Source of the DNA: a bacterium
GTDB taxonomy: Bacteria; Bacteroidota; Ignavibacteria; UBA10030
Length of the DNA stretch: 64,000 bases
Direction of reading: 5' to 3'
Assembly: GCA_043803945.1 (NCBI GenBank)
Contig: JAZDJN010000054.1
Location: 32,001-96,000, forward strand
The notes under the pieces were generated by a model. The model was not told the origin of the DNA, did not search any database, and was given only the letters and a program-made list of their open reading frames with translations. Positions 31,213-42,276 of this stretch are shown in pieces (position 1 is the first letter of the stretch; each line of letters opens with the position of its first letter). Made by a program: the position numbers and the translations under genes.

Positions 31213-31796
31213 TTTTTGTTCTGGATAACTACGATTCGTTCACCTATAACCTCGTCCAGCTCGTCGGCAAGTATTCTCCGGATATTGTGGTGAAAAGAAA
31301 TAATAAGATTAGCGTTGAAGAAGTGAGAACAATGAAGCCGGACGGGATCATTATTTCTCCCGGACCGGGCAGGCCCGAGCGCGTTGGAATAACAGAACAA
31401 TTGATTCGGCAAATCGGAACCGACATCCCTCTGCTTGGTGTCTGTCTCGGCCATCAGGCAATCGGCTCGGTGTTCGGTGCTTCCGTAACGTATGCCCCCT
31501 CTCTTGTGCATGGAAAGGCAACACCAATCGTTCATTCAGGTTCAGCGCTGTTCTCTCAGATCCCAAATCCCTTTCTGGCAGGGAGATATCACTCCCTGGT
31601 TGTCAGTCGAGATGGATTCCCCGATGAACTCCGAATTACTGCCTCAACGAAGGATGGGATCATTATGGCTCTTGAGCATCGAAACTATCCGATCATCGGC
31701 GTTCAGTTCCACCCTGAGTCTATCCTTACACCGGTGGGCGAACAAATTATCCGGAATTGGCTGAAAGGAGTGGTGAAGGATGAAAGAACTTCTTGA
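31209..31796 (+). CDS. trpG: Anthranilate synthase component II (TTG start)
   Basis: DNYDSFTYNL, SPGPG, GVCLGHQ, RYHSL, QFHPES. Confidence 0.93.
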   Translation: MIFVLDNYDSFTYNLVQLVGKYSPDIVVKRNNKISVEEVRTMKPDGIIISPGPGRPERVGITEQLIRQIGTDIPLLGVCLGHQAIGSVFGASVTYAPSLVHGKATPIVHSGSALFSQIPNPFLAGRYHSLVVSRDGFPDELRITASTKDGIIMALEHRNYPIIGVQFHPESILTPVGEQIIRNWLKGVVKDERTS

Positions 31797-32793
31797 AAAA
31801 TGTTTAGCAGGGGAACATCTCACTTCCTCTGAGGCCTCGTCAGCTCTTGAGATGATGATGGATGGGAATGCAAGCGATGCCCTGATTGCAGGATTGCTGA
31901 TCGCCTTGCGGGTGAAAGGAGAGACGATCGATGAGGTCACTGGTTTTGCCAGAACGATGCGTGAACGTTCGGTACACATTTCCGTAAATGATCCAGATGC
32001 CATCGACATGTGCGGAACTGGCGGGGATGGTGCCGGTACATTTAACGTATCGACTATTGCATCACTTGTTGCTGCTGGAGCAGGTGTCACCATTGCAAAA
32101 CATGGCAATAAGGCTGTGTCGAGCACATGTGGGAGCGCAGATATTCTCTCAGCGCTCGGAGTGCGAATTGACCTTTCTCCGTCCCAAGTCGAAGAGTGTG
32201 TCAATACCATTGGTTATGGATTTATGCTGGCGCCGCTTTTTCATCCGGCGATGAAACATGTGGCGAAGCTCAGACGCGAATTGGGTGTGCGAACTGTGTT
32301 CAACATGCTTGGCCCCATCACCAATCCCGCTGGAGTGCGAAAACAGGTGATCGGCACGTTTTCCAGTTCCGCAGCCAGGACTCTTGCCGGAACGCTGAAC
32401 GCACTCGAAGCTCAGCATTCTTTCGTTGTGCATGGCCGTGCAGGTATCGATGAAGTCACCTTGACCGGAGAGACGGAGGTGCACGAAGTGAAGGCGAATT
32501 TCCCAATTAGTATAAGGGAGGTCGATGCATCGGCATTTGCGCTGCCGGAATATCCTCTTAGCTCGCTTCGGGGAGATGGTGTCGAAGGGAATCTTCGAAT
32601 TGCGATTGATGTATTGGATGGGAAAGAGGGAGCTGCGCGCGATGTGGTGATCGCAAATGCCGCGTTGGGCATTCAAGTCTCCGGTAAGGGTAGAAATCTC
32701 ACTGAGGCTGTTTCCATGGCCCGGGAGTCTCTAGATTCGGGAAGTGCAAGAGAAGTTCTCAACCAACTCATTTCCTTTTCGAATGCGCGATGA
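31780..32793 (+). CDS. trpD: Anthranilate phosphoribosyltransferase
   Basis: CGTGGDG..FNVST, KHGN..SS..GSAD, RTVFN.LGP..NP. Confidence 0.95.
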   Translation: MKELLEKCLAGEHLTSSEASSALEMMMDGNASDALIAGLLIALRVKGETIDEVTGFARTMRERSVHISVNDPDAIDMCGTGGDGAGTFNVSTIASLVAAGAGVTIAKHGNKAVSSTCGSADILSALGVRIDLSPSQVEECVNTIGYGFMLAPLFHPAMKHVAKLRRELGVRTVFNMLGPITNPAGVRKQVIGTFSSSAARTLAGTLNALEAQHSFVVHGRAGIDEVTLTGETEVHEVKANFPISIREVDASAFALPEYPLSSLRGDGVEGNLRIAIDVLDGKEGAARDVVIANAALGIQVSGKGRNLTEAVSMARESLDSGSAREVLNQLISFSNAR

Positions 32794-33584
32794 CCATCCT
32801 TGAAGAAATCGTGAACAACAAGCGTTTGGAGGTTGCCGCGCGTAAACAGCAGGTGAGTCTTCACCAGTTGAGAGAGAGCCCTGCTTTCCATCGTCAACCA
32901 TATTCACTTTACAATGCTCTGCGATCGAAAAATCCTGCCGTGATCGCTGAAATAAAAAAAGCTTCTCCTTCGCGCGGCGTACTGCGAGAGGTGATGAATG
33001 TACAGGAAATCGCAATTGGTTACGCTGAATATGGTGCTGCTGCAATTTCGGTTCTGACCGACCAGAAGTACTTTCAGGGGAGTTACGAAAATCTCCGTCT
33101 GGCGAGGAGCTGTGTGGAACTGCCAATCCTTGCAAAGGAATTTATCGTCGATCCGTTCCAATTGTTTGAAGCAAAGTCCTCGGGCGCTGATGCCATTCTC
33201 CTCATTGCTTCGATTCTCTCCAATACTCAGTTACAGGAGTTGCATCACGAAGCCATTTTTTTAGGCATGGAAGTGCTTGTCGAGATCCATACGCCGGAGG
33301 AATTGTCGCGTCTTGATTTACGGCAGGTGCGAATGGTAGGCATTAATAATCGCGATCTGAAAACATTTGCCGTAAGGCTCGACACAGTCATTGCCCTGGC
33401 GGCCGCCGTGCCTTCTGATGTGATTGTCGTGAGTGAAAGCGGAATTCTCAATGAGGCAGATGGGATCTCTTTAATGAAGAATGGGATTCACGCAATGCTG
33501 ATTGGTGAATATTTTATGCGCTCCGAACATCCAGGGCGCGCATTGGAGAATTTCCTGACCGCCCTGCAACGGGGTGGTGCATGA
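32790..33584 (+). CDS. trpC: Indole-3-glycerol phosphate synthase
   Basis: IAEIKKASPSRG, SVLTD, GINNRDL, VSESGI. Confidence 0.95.
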   Translation: MTILEEIVNNKRLEVAARKQQVSLHQLRESPAFHRQPYSLYNALRSKNPAVIAEIKKASPSRGVLREVMNVQEIAIGYAEYGAAAISVLTDQKYFQGSYENLRLARSCVELPILAKEFIVDPFQLFEAKSSGADAILLIASILSNTQLQELHHEAIFLGMEVLVEIHTPEELSRLDLRQVRMVGINNRDLKTFAVRLDTVIALAAAVPSDVIVVSESGILNEADGISLMKNGIHAMLIGEYFMRSEHPGRALENFLTALQRGGA

Positions 33585-34273
33585 AAATAAAAGTCTGCGG
33601 AATCACCAGCCTCGATGATGCTCATCTGGCTATTCAGGAGGGGGCGTTTGCTCTTGGTTTTATTTTTGTCTCCGATAGCCCGCGATGCATCCGTGTGGAA
33701 GAAGCCAGAAAGATCATTGCCCGGCTTCCGCTCAATATCATGAAGGTGGGGGTCTTCGTAAACGAACGCACCAGTGTGGTAAATAAAATAATTCAACAAA
33801 CGGGCATCACGACCATCCAATTGCATGGAGACGAGTCACCAGCGGATATTCAGGACTACACAATCCCTGTGTGGAAAGCATTCCGTGTTTCGAAGGGATT
33901 TGATAGTACTCGTCTCAGTCAATTCCAAGTGTCAGCGTATTTACTTGACACATACCAGGAGGACCGCCATGGAGGGACAGGAGAGACATTTAATTGGAAG
34001 CATGCCGGTGCTGCAAAGCAGTACGGTCCGGTTGTCCTGAGCGGCGGCATAACACCAGAAAATGCCTTGAAGGCCATCGAGTCAGTTCATCCGTATGCAC
34101 TCGATGTGAATAGCGGAGTGGAATCATCTCCTGGGAAAAAAGATCCGGAGAAGTTGAAGAGATTATTTCGAGCGGTTAAGAGTACAATCACAGAAGGATG
34201 GGCGTGGGATGCTGATACTGATGAGTGCAGATGCGACAAAAAATCAGATTCACCTCGTGAAAGAGAAGATTAA
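33581..34273 (+). CDS. trpF: Phosphoribosylanthranilate isomerase
   Basis: KVCGIT, QLHGDE, GGTG.TFNW, DVNSGVE. Confidence 0.93.
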   Translation: MKIKVCGITSLDDAHLAIQEGAFALGFIFVSDSPRCIRVEEARKIIARLPLNIMKVGVFVNERTSVVNKIIQQTGITTIQLHGDESPADIQDYTIPVWKAFRVSKGFDSTRLSQFQVSAYLLDTYQEDRHGGTGETFNWKHAGAAKQYGPVVLSGGITPENALKAIESVHPYALDVNSGVESSPGKKDPEKLKRLFRAVKSTITEGWAWDADTDECRCDKKSDSPRERED

Positions 34274-35225
34274 AGCTATGGGATTTCAGGGACATGAAAT
34301 CCCCGGTGCAACACGGACGGCAATTGGTGTAACGGGTAATAATTCAGGTCTCGATCCTCAGGAATTTACTTATTTGGATGGGGTGGAGGATGCTCTGCAG
34401 GTCACAAAGCCGTATAAGCTGGTCGGAAGGCATGGCCGAAGAGAGGATACAGTCATTTCCATTGGCGATGAGACGATCGGAGGTCGCAAGCTAACCATCA
34501 TTGCGGGACCATGTTCCGTGGAGAGCAAGGAGCACCTTTTTACGGTTGCGAACGCAGTGAAAGCGTCGGGTTCACTCTTCCTTCGCGGAGGGGCGTTTAA
34601 ACCGCGTACCTCACCATATGCATTTCAAGGGATGAAAGAAGAAGGATTGGTACTGCTCCGGGAGGCAAAGAAGGAACTGGGTATGAAGATTGTAACAGAG
34701 GTCAAGGATATCCGTACTCTTTCGGCAGTGAATGATGTTGCCGATATCCTGCAGATTGGAGCGCGTAACATGGCGAACTTTTCTCTTCTTGAAGCTGTCG
34801 GAGAACTTCGTACACCGGTACTCCTGAAACGGGGTATCGCAGCAACAATCGAGGAGTTCCTGATGTCGGCCGAATATATCGCAGTGCGCGGGAATCATAA
34901 TATAATTCTGTGTGAGCGGGGAATACGAACGTTTGAGACGGCAACCCGTAATACTCTTGATCTTAATGCTGTCCCTGTACTGAAAAAATATTCACACCTC
35001 CCGGTTTTGGTGGATCCAAGTCATGGTGTGGGCCACGCTGAGTTCGTTCCGTCAATGGCGCTTGCTGCTATAGCGGCCGGTGCCGATGGATTGATGATAG
35101 AGGTGCATCCCGATCCGGCAACGGCTCAGTCGGATGGAGCTCAATCGTTGACTCCTGCTGTCTTTGACGCACTGATGAAAAAGCTGGAGAACATTGCACA
35201 AGCGGTTGGTCGTTCACTCAATTAA
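34209..35225 (+). CDS. aroF: DAHP synthase type I-beta with N-terminal regulatory domain
   Basis: [38 protein letters not shown]. Confidence 0.92.
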   Translation: MLILMSADATKNQIHLVKEKIKAMGFQGHEIPGATRTAIGVTGNNSGLDPQEFTYLDGVEDALQVTKPYKLVGRHGRREDTVISIGDETIGGRKLTIIAGPCSVESKEHLFTVANAVKASGSLFLRGGAFKPRTSPYAFQGMKEEGLVLLREAKKELGMKIVTEVKDIRTLSAVNDVADILQIGARNMANFSLLEAVGELRTPVLLKRGIAATIEEFLMSAEYIAVRGNHNIILCERGIRTFETATRNTLDLNAVPVLKKYSHLPVLVDPSHGVGHAEFVPSMALAAIAAGADGLMIEVHPDPATAQSDGAQSLTPAVFDALMKKLENIAQAVGRSLN

Positions 35226-35235
35226 CAGTGAGAAA

Positions 35236-36441
35236 ATGAGACAAATAAAATCTTCAACATCGTTCGCGAACTTCCCCGATGCGAGTGGATATTTTGGAAA
35301 CTATGGCGGTCAATTCGTGCCGGAGACACTCGTTGAACCTTTGAGAGAACTGGAGCGAATATACAGGAAGGCTGCCCGTGACAGCGACTTTCAGGCACAG
35401 TATCTCCATCTTCTCCACGAATTTGCCGGAAGGCCTACCGCTCTTACCCTGGCGAGCCGCCTGACAAAGTATTATGGAAGAGGAAGAATCTACCTAAAGC
35501 GCGAAGATCTTTGTCATACCGGTGCTCATAAGATCAATAATGTGATCGGACAGATTCTTCTTGCTCAGCAGAGCGGTAAGAAACGAATTATCGCTGAAAC
35601 CGGAGCCGGCCAGCACGGCGTCGCGACTGCCACAGTCGCCGCCAAATTTGGGCTCCCCTGTATCGTTTATATGGGAGAGGAAGATGTTCACAGGCAAAGC
35701 CTGAATGTTGTCCGCATGAAAATGCTCGGTGCCGAGGTGAGGACTGTCTCGACAGGTAGCAAGACACTAAAAGACGCAACGAGCGAGGCGATTCGTGATT
35801 GGACAACAAACGTTCGGGATACCTTCTATGTGATCGGTTCCGTCGTTGGCCCTCATCCCTATCCACAACTTGTTCGGGATTTTCAATCTGTTATTGGACG
35901 TGAAGCGAAAACACAGATCAAGCAACGGGAGAGGAGATTACCGACGCTCTTGCTTGCGTGTGTAGGCGGAGGGAGTAATGCCATCGGGCTCTTCCATCCC
36001 TTTCTCAATGAGAACATCAAGATGATCGGCGTTGAGGCTGCTGGATTGGGAGTGAGAAGCGAATTTCATGCAGCAACACTTTCCAAAGGAAGACCTGGAG
36101 TGCTGCATGGGTCGTTCAGTTATCTTCTGCAGGATGCACAAGGACAGGTGCAGCTAGCTCATTCCATATCTGCAGGATTGGATTATCCCGGAGTGGGACC
36201 CGAGCATAGTGCTTTACGGGATCTCAAGCGAGTACAGTATGTTGCTGTGACGGATAGACAGGCGTTGCGGGCGGCTCAGCTCATGGCAGAGCTAGAAGGA
36301 ATCATTCCTGCTCTCGAATCAGCTCATGCACTTGCCTACCTCGAAGTGATCATGCCAGCGACCTCCCAATGCGATATTGTACTTGTCAATCTCTCTGGCA
36401 GGGGGGACAAAGACATGCAGACGTATGTCAAGGAATTTTAA
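35236..36441 (+). CDS. trpB: Tryptophan synthase beta (TrpB1)
   Basis: [47 protein letters not shown]. Confidence 0.96.
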   Translation: MRQIKSSTSFANFPDASGYFGNYGGQFVPETLVEPLRELERIYRKAARDSDFQAQYLHLLHEFAGRPTALTLASRLTKYYGRGRIYLKREDLCHTGAHKINNVIGQILLAQQSGKKRIIAETGAGQHGVATATVAAKFGLPCIVYMGEEDVHRQSLNVVRMKMLGAEVRTVSTGSKTLKDATSEAIRDWTTNVRDTFYVIGSVVGPHPYPQLVRDFQSVIGREAKTQIKQRERRLPTLLLACVGGGSNAIGLFHPFLNENIKMIGVEAAGLGVRSEFHAATLSKGRPGVLHGSFSYLLQDAQGQVQLAHSISAGLDYPGVGPEHSALRDLKRVQYVAVTDRQALRAAQLMAELEGIIPALESAHALAYLEVIMPATSQCDIVLVNLSGRGDKDMQTYVKEF

Positions 36442-36478
36442 CGATGATTGAATCTAGCGCTAGCATGAAAGATCGACT

Positions 36479-37264
36479 ATGAATAGGATTTCCTCCACTT
36501 TGCACGTGCTCCTTGAGAAGAATGAAAAAGCACTGGTACTCTTTCTCACAATGGGTTTTCCTGAACTACGTTCTGCGCTTCGGTTAATACCGCTCTTTGA
36601 ACAGTGTGGTGCAGATATGATAGAATTGGGTATGCCGTTTTCAGATCCGCTTGCTGATGGGCCCGTTATCCAGAGAAGTTCACAACTGGCATTGAAGAAC
36701 GGAATCACCTTGAAAGAGATTCTCGGCCAACTCTCTGAAATCCGACGAAACACTTCAATCCCCCTTATTCTCATGGGGTACCTCAATCCGATCCTCTCCT
36801 ATTCGACGATTTCGTTTTTCAAGGATGCTGCAACATCTGGCGCCGACGGTATCATCCTTCCTGAACTGCCGCTCGAAGAAGTAAAAAAGATCTCTCATCA
36901 CTATCGAAAGAATGCATTGTCGCAGATACTGCTGGTCAGCCCGACAACTCCCGTCGAACGGATGAAAGAAATTGACCGTGCTTGTTCTGGTTTTCTGTAT
37001 TGTGTTTCTTCAACAGGAGTAACGGGAAACGCCACATCTGAGAGAGTTGAATCCTATCTCAACAGAGTAAAACAGAGTGTTCGGAAAAATCCGGTTCTTG
37101 CAGGTTTTGGAATTGGGACACCGCAGCAAGCCCGAAGATTTTCTCCCTTTGTTGATGGTGTCATTGTCGGTAGTGCACTGATCCGCAAATTGGAGGAGAG
37201 GAGATCGGAGAGGGAAATAGGAAAGTGGATTACAGCGGTGAAACATGCTCTGAACGCTGAATAA
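36479..37264 (+). CDS. trpA: Tryptophan synthase alpha
   Basis: ELGMPFSDPLADGPVIQ, MGYLNP, GFGI, DGVIVGSA. Confidence 0.95.
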   Translation: MNRISSTLHVLLEKNEKALVLFLTMGFPELRSALRLIPLFEQCGADMIELGMPFSDPLADGPVIQRSSQLALKNGITLKEILGQLSEIRRNTSIPLILMGYLNPILSYSTISFFKDAATSGADGIILPELPLEEVKKISHHYRKNALSQILLVSPTTPVERMKEIDRACSGFLYCVSSTGVTGNATSERVESYLNRVKQSVRKNPVLAGFGIGTPQQARRFSPFVDGVIVGSALIRKLEERRSEREIGKWITAVKHALNAE

Positions 37265-37287
37265 TTCTGTTCATCTGAGCATCAGGA

Positions 37288-38604
37288 TTACGCTGGAACC
37301 GACTTCAACTCTTTTTGTGTCAATGATCGGACATACTGTTCGAGCTCATCTCGGAAGTTTGGATGGGATATTGCAATGATCTGTTCTGCTCGCTGTCGTA
37401 AATTCTTTCCATGGAGCGAAGCGACTCCGAACTCTGTTACAATATAGTGTACATCAGCGCGGGATGTGACAACACCCGCTCCTGGCTTCAATTGCTTCAC
37501 GATTCGCGAAAGGGTGTCGTTCTTCGTGGTTGCCGGCAACGCGATAATCGGTTTACCGCCTTTGGAATACGAAGCACCGCGGATGAAATCCACCTGCCCG
37601 CCAAATCCACTATAGATCTTCGTGCCGATGGAGTCGGAACAGACCTGACCCGTAACATCCACTTCGATGCAGGAATTAAGCGCCACCATTTTGTCATTCT
37701 GCGATACAATGAACGGATTATTGGTGTAACTGCAAGGATGAATTTCAAAGAGGGGATTGTTATGGACATAGTCGTACAACTTCTGAGAGCCCATAACAAA
37801 CGTGGCGATGACCTTGCCGGGGTGAAGTGATTTCTTCGCGTTTGTAATGACACCTTTGTCAATCGCTTTCACAACGCCATCAGAAACCATTTCCGTATGG
37901 ATACCGATATCCCGTTTTCCTTCAAGCCGTGTGAGTACGGCATCCGGAATACCACCGATACCGAGCTGCATCGTTGCCCCATCTTCAATCAGTGGAGCAA
38001 TGTGGTCGGCGATCTGTTCTTCGATCGCGGTCGATGGACGCTCCTTAAGCTCCAATAAGGGAATAGAGCACTCGACGATTTTGTGAACACGGGAGATATG
38101 AACGAAGACATCACCAAGTGTTCTGGGCATCTTGTCGTTTACCAGGGCAATAACAACTTTCGCTCCTTCGATAGCCGCCTTTGAAGTTGCACATTCAACG
38201 CCGAGGCTCATAAATCCATGGTCATCCGGTGGTGAGACATGCACGATGGCTACATCCAGAGGTATGATCCGGTCGGTGAATAATGCCGGTACTTCCGATA
38301 AGTGAATCGGGACATAATCCGAATTGCCCTCGGCGATCGACTGCCGGTCACCAGGGCCGACAAAGAGAGAGTTGTGACGGAAATGGCCCTCCATCCCGGG
38401 TTTCGAAAGCGGATCATCACCCATCAACAGGAGATGATTCACTTCGACATTCGAGAGTTCATCTTTTCTCTGCGCAAGTGCATAGGTGAGGAGAAGAGGA
38501 GTTGCCGCGTTGCCGCTCAGGAAAATTTTATTCCCCGATTTAATGACGCTGACAGCATCCTCTTTTGTAACTATTTTTGACTTGTATTGTGTAATCCAGG
38601 ACAT
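37288..38604 (-). CDS. Acetyl-CoA hydrolase / 4-hydroxybutyrate CoA-transferase
   Basis: QLGIGGIP, HTEM, SGFGGQVDF.RGA..S.GGK, VTEFGVA.L.GK. Confidence 0.9.
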   Translation of the reverse strand: MSWITQYKSKIVTKEDAVSVIKSGNKIFLSGNAATPLLLTYALAQRKDELSNVEVNHLLLMGDDPLSKPGMEGHFRHNSLFVGPGDRQSIAEGNSDYVPIHLSEVPALFTDRIIPLDVAIVHVSPPDDHGFMSLGVECATSKAAIEGAKVVIALVNDKMPRTLGDVFVHISRVHKIVECSIPLLELKERPSTAIEEQIADHIAPLIEDGATMQLGIGGIPDAVLTRLEGKRDIGIHTEMVSDGVVKAIDKGVITNAKKSLHPGKVIATFVMGSQKLYDYVHNNPLFEIHPCSYTNNPFIVSQNDKMVALNSCIEVDVTGQVCSDSIGTKIYSGFGGQVDFIRGASYSKGGKPIIALPATTKNDTLSRIVKQLKPGAGVVTSRADVHYIVTEFGVASLHGKNLRQRAEQIIAISHPNFRDELEQYVRSLTQKELKSVPA

Positions 38605-38610
38605 GGTCGT

Positions 38611-39753
38611 CTATAGGTTTTTAAGTTGATCAGATGAATTGAGGAGCAACTCGAGCGCTCGAGCTTTCACATCGAAGACGCGGGCAACCACCAGATTTGT
38701 ACAATGGCCATTGTACGTGCAGACGCCGCGAGCGAGGCCCGGTATTGACCGTAATGCGCCATCAACATCAAATTCGGCCAACCCGGTCAGAAACGGCAGC
38801 AGAGAGTTTGTCCATGCCACAGTAGCTGTTCGTGCGACCGCAGCAGGCATGTTTGGAACGCAGTAATGCACAACATCGTGTTTGATATAGACAGGATCAT
38901 CGAATGTCGTTGGCCGGCTGGTTTCCACACATCCACCCTGATCGATGGAAACATCGACAATGATCGCACCCGCTTTCATTTGCTTCACCATCGCCTCGGT
39001 GACGATGTGAGGAGTTTTTTCTCCTTTTAACAGGATTGCACCGATCACAGCATCTGCTTCGCGTACAGCGGCTTCAACATTCATTGGATCAGCAAGGGCA
39101 GTTCCAACACGCCATTGGAACACTTCTTCGGCATTGCGTAAGCGAGTGACATCTTTATCGAGCAGCGTGACGCATGATCCCATGCCGAGGGCTACGCGGA
39201 TTGCCGTTTGACCGACAGTACCTGCACCAAGCACAACAACTTTTGCCGGGGGAACACCGGGTAATCCACCCAGGAGCAATCCGCGGCCTCCGAACTTGGC
39301 CTGCAGATAATTTGCCGCTGCAAGAATTGCCAATTGACCGGCAATCTCACTCATAGCCTGCACAATCGGAAGATGGCCATGCTCATTTTCGATGAGTTCA
39401 TGAGCGACGGCTGTAATCTTTTTCTTCAGGAGCGTCTCGAGAGTCTTCCGCTTGCCCAGTGCGAGATGCAAGGCAGAGAAAAATGTTTGTCCATGCTGGA
39501 GGTGATCCAGTTCGGCATCGGTTGGTTGAGAAATTTTCAAAACGACATCGGAGCGGTTAATCACTTCTTCCGGACTGTAGACAATCGTTCCGCCGGCTTT
39601 CCGGTACTCTTCATCTGAAAAATAGCTGAGTGTTCCTGCATCACGCTCTACATAGACTGTATGGCCAAGGGCGATTAAGCTATGGACGCCGGAAGGCGTA
39701 AGTGCGACGCGTCGTTCGAATGTAAAGTTCTCCTTAAGAATTCCAAAGATCAT
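38611..39753 (-). CDS. ald: Alanine dehydrogenase
   Basis: ERRVALTP, MSEIAG, GAGTVG, DVSIDQGGC.ET, HYCVPNMP. Confidence 0.9.
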   Translation of the reverse strand: MIFGILKENFTFERRVALTPSGVHSLIALGHTVYVERDAGTLSYFSDEEYRKAGGTIVYSPEEVINRSDVVLKISQPTDAELDHLQHGQTFFSALHLALGKRKTLETLLKKKITAVAHELIENEHGHLPIVQAMSEIAGQLAILAAANYLQAKFGGRGLLLGGLPGVPPAKVVVLGAGTVGQTAIRVALGMGSCVTLLDKDVTRLRNAEEVFQWRVGTALADPMNVEAAVREADAVIGAILLKGEKTPHIVTEAMVKQMKAGAIIVDVSIDQGGCVETSRPTTFDDPVYIKHDVVHYCVPNMPAAVARTATVAWTNSLLPFLTGLAEFDVDGALRSIPGLARGVCTYNGHCTNLVVARVFDVKARALELLLNSSDQLKNL

Positions 39754-39987
39754 ACTGCCTCCACTCTTCTTTCGAAGATGAATAAAATGTTATCTGCACA
39801 AAAGCCCGAACAAATATAAGAGATTTCTTTCACTCCTGCACACTCTCGTCACTCACTCCTCACGTAAAAAATACTTATTTCTTCCTTGTCTTCTGTTGGA
39901 AAATTCTCCCATATTCTTGCCAGAATGGAATTAGAAGATTTCATCGTCTAGTCAATGCGATCACCGAACAGCAAAAAGGCTCGCCTG

Positions 39988-42255
39988 ATGCGTACCTCGC
40001 CATGCATCATAAAATACCTGATTATTCCGCTTCTCCTTACCCTTTTCTCGAATTCAGCTCAAGCCCAGAATGAAATTCTCACCTTAGTCAAAAATGAGAA
40101 GAGTGCATACCGGATTTCCATTCCGAAAAATGCCATTCCAGTTGAACTGAAGGCGGCCGAGATATTACAGCGCTACCTCAAAGCGATCTCGGGTGTGGTA
40201 CTCGGCATCGGCGAGGTCAAGCAGGCGATGGAGCATCAGATAATCCTTTCGTCGAGGAATGATGCGCCTGAATTGCGGGAGGTTCTCGGGAAGCTGAATC
40301 TTGGGGAGGATGGTTTTCTCCTGAAGACATATGGAAATCGTCTTTACATCATCGGAGGAACTGAAAAAGGAATTCTGTATGGTGTCTATACGTTTCTTGA
40401 AAAGTATCTTGGTTGCCGTAAGTATAGCCCCACTGTAGAGATCGTACCAAAAAAGAAAACAGTACAGGTTGCAGCATTTACCGATATCCAGGTGCCATCG
40501 ATTATATTCCGGGATGTTCATTTTCACGACCCAGAATATATGGAGTGGCACAAGCTCGATTATCATAACGATGTGTTCGGGATGTATGTCCACACGTTCC
40601 AGCGTCTTGTCGCTGCCGAAAAATATTTTAAAGAGCATCCGGAGTATTTCTCAAAGGTTGCCGCCGGAAGAATACCCGATGGCCAGCTCTGCCTGACAAA
40701 CCCAGATGTATTCCAGATTGTGGTCGATGAACTCCGGGCACGCATGAAAGAGCAGCCGGAAAAACGGTACTGGTCGGTATCCCAGAACGATACGTTCAGT
40801 CCATGCGAGTGTGATTCGTGCAAAGCGATCAATGAACGTGAAGGTTCGCCATCGGGTTCGCTGCTTGCATTTGTGAATCGTGTGGCAGATCAGTTTCCGG
40901 ATAATATCATTTCCACACTTGCCTACCAGTACACACGATCAGCTCCCCGATCGATCAAACCGCGTCCGAATGTGAATATCATGTTCTGCAGTATTGAATG
41001 CAACCGAAGCAAAGCGCTGGAAGTGGATCCGGGCAGCGCATCCTTCTGTAAGGATATGGAAGGCTGGACCAGGCTGACCGACAACATCTATCTTTGGGAT
41101 TATGTGGTGCAATTTCGAAATCTCATCAGTCCATTTCCGAATCTGCGCGTGCTCCAACCGAACGTCCAATACTTTGTGAAGAATGGCATTCGCAGCATCT
41201 TTGAACAGGGCTCGGGGGAATTGCTGAGCGAGTTCAAGGAACTTCGCACCTACCTGCTGGCGAAGTTATTATGGAATCCATACTTGAATCTCGATTCACT
41301 CATGAATGATTTTCTCCATGGTTACTATGCCGCTGCCGCTCCATACGTTCGAAAGTATATCGATGCTATGCACGACGCACTGGAAGCCTCGGGTGAAGAT
41401 CTCGTCATCTATGGATATCCGCTTCCATCTAAGAATGGCTATCTCTCTGCTGCCAATATCGACCGGTATATTCAATTCTTTAATCAGGCAGAACGGGCAG
41501 TCAGGAATAATCCGGAACTCCTCAATCGTGTGCAGTGCGCACGCCTGCCGCTCCAATTTGCTCAACTTGAGCAAGCAAAGATTTATGGAACCGGAGCGAG
41601 GGGATTCTTTTTCAAGTCGCCTCAAGGCACTTGGAAGGCAAAACCGGAGATGGAAAAACTTCTCGAAACATTTGTGCAGCGATGTTTGAAAAATGGATAT
41701 ACCGCTGTTGAGGAAATGGGTACTCGTCCGGAAGCATACCTCGCTTCGACCAAGCGGCATCTCAAGTCAAGCATGCAGCATCATCTTGCAATCTTCAAGC
41801 CGGTGCAATTGAAAACTCCGGCCAGCATGAAGTACCACGCTGGAAATCAAACTGCACTGACGAATGGATTGACCGGATGGGAGGATTATCACATGAACTG
41901 GCTCGGGTTTGAAGGTAAAGATATGGAAGCCATCGTTGATCTTGGAAAAGAGGTTTCGCTAAAAAGTATCAACACAAACTTTCTTCAGGATATCAATTCG
42001 TGGATCTTCATGCCGACAGAGGTTGAATTCTCTATCGCAACAGAGGGAAAAGACTTTTCTGTAAAAGCTAGATTGAAGCCGAATACACAGGTAAAACAAT
42101 CAGGCGGAATCATTGAATCCTTTAGTGTGACATTTCAACCTGCGAAATCCCGATTTGTACGTATTAAAGCGACAAGCCTCAAGACCTGTCCGCAATGGCA
42201 TAAAGGTGCGGGAGGGCTTGCGTGGATCTTTGCCGATGAAGTTATTGTGAAGTAA
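39988..42255 (+). CDS. DUF4838 secreted glycoside-hydrolase-like protein with C-terminal F5/8-type domain
   Basis: Signal peptide; GILYGVY.FLE.YLGCR, HPEYF..QLCLTNPDV, SQND..CEC..C, KLLWNP, W.FADE. Confidence 0.75.
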   Translation: MRTSPCIIKYLIIPLLLTLFSNSAQAQNEILTLVKNEKSAYRISIPKNAIPVELKAAEILQRYLKAISGVVLGIGEVKQAMEHQIILSSRNDAPELREVLGKLNLGEDGFLLKTYGNRLYIIGGTEKGILYGVYTFLEKYLGCRKYSPTVEIVPKKKTVQVAAFTDIQVPSIIFRDVHFHDPEYMEWHKLDYHNDVFGMYVHTFQRLVAAEKYFKEHPEYFSKVAAGRIPDGQLCLTNPDVFQIVVDELRARMKEQPEKRYWSVSQNDTFSPCECDSCKAINEREGSPSGSLLAFVNRVADQFPDNIISTLAYQYTRSAPRSIKPRPNVNIMFCSIECNRSKALEVDPGSASFCKDMEGWTRLTDNIYLWDYVVQFRNLISPFPNLRVLQPNVQYFVKNGIRSIFEQGSGELLSEFKELRTYLLAKLLWNPYLNLDSLMNDFLHGYYAAAAPYVRKYIDAMHDALEASGEDLVIYGYPLPSKNGYLSAANIDRYIQFFNQAERAVRNNPELLNRVQCARLPLQFAQLEQAKIYGTGARGFFFKSPQGTWKAKPEMEKLLETFVQRCLKNGYTAVEEMGTRPEAYLASTKRHLKSSMQHHLAIFKPVQLKTPASMKYHAGNQTALTNGLTGWEDYHMNWLGFEGKDMEAIVDLGKEVSLKSINTNFLQDINSWIFMPTEVEFSIATEGKDFSVKARLKPNTQVKQSGGIIESFSVTFQPAKSRFVRIKATSLKTCPQWHKGAGGLAWIFADEVIVK

Positions 42256-42276
42256 TAAAAATAAATGGAGGAAGCT

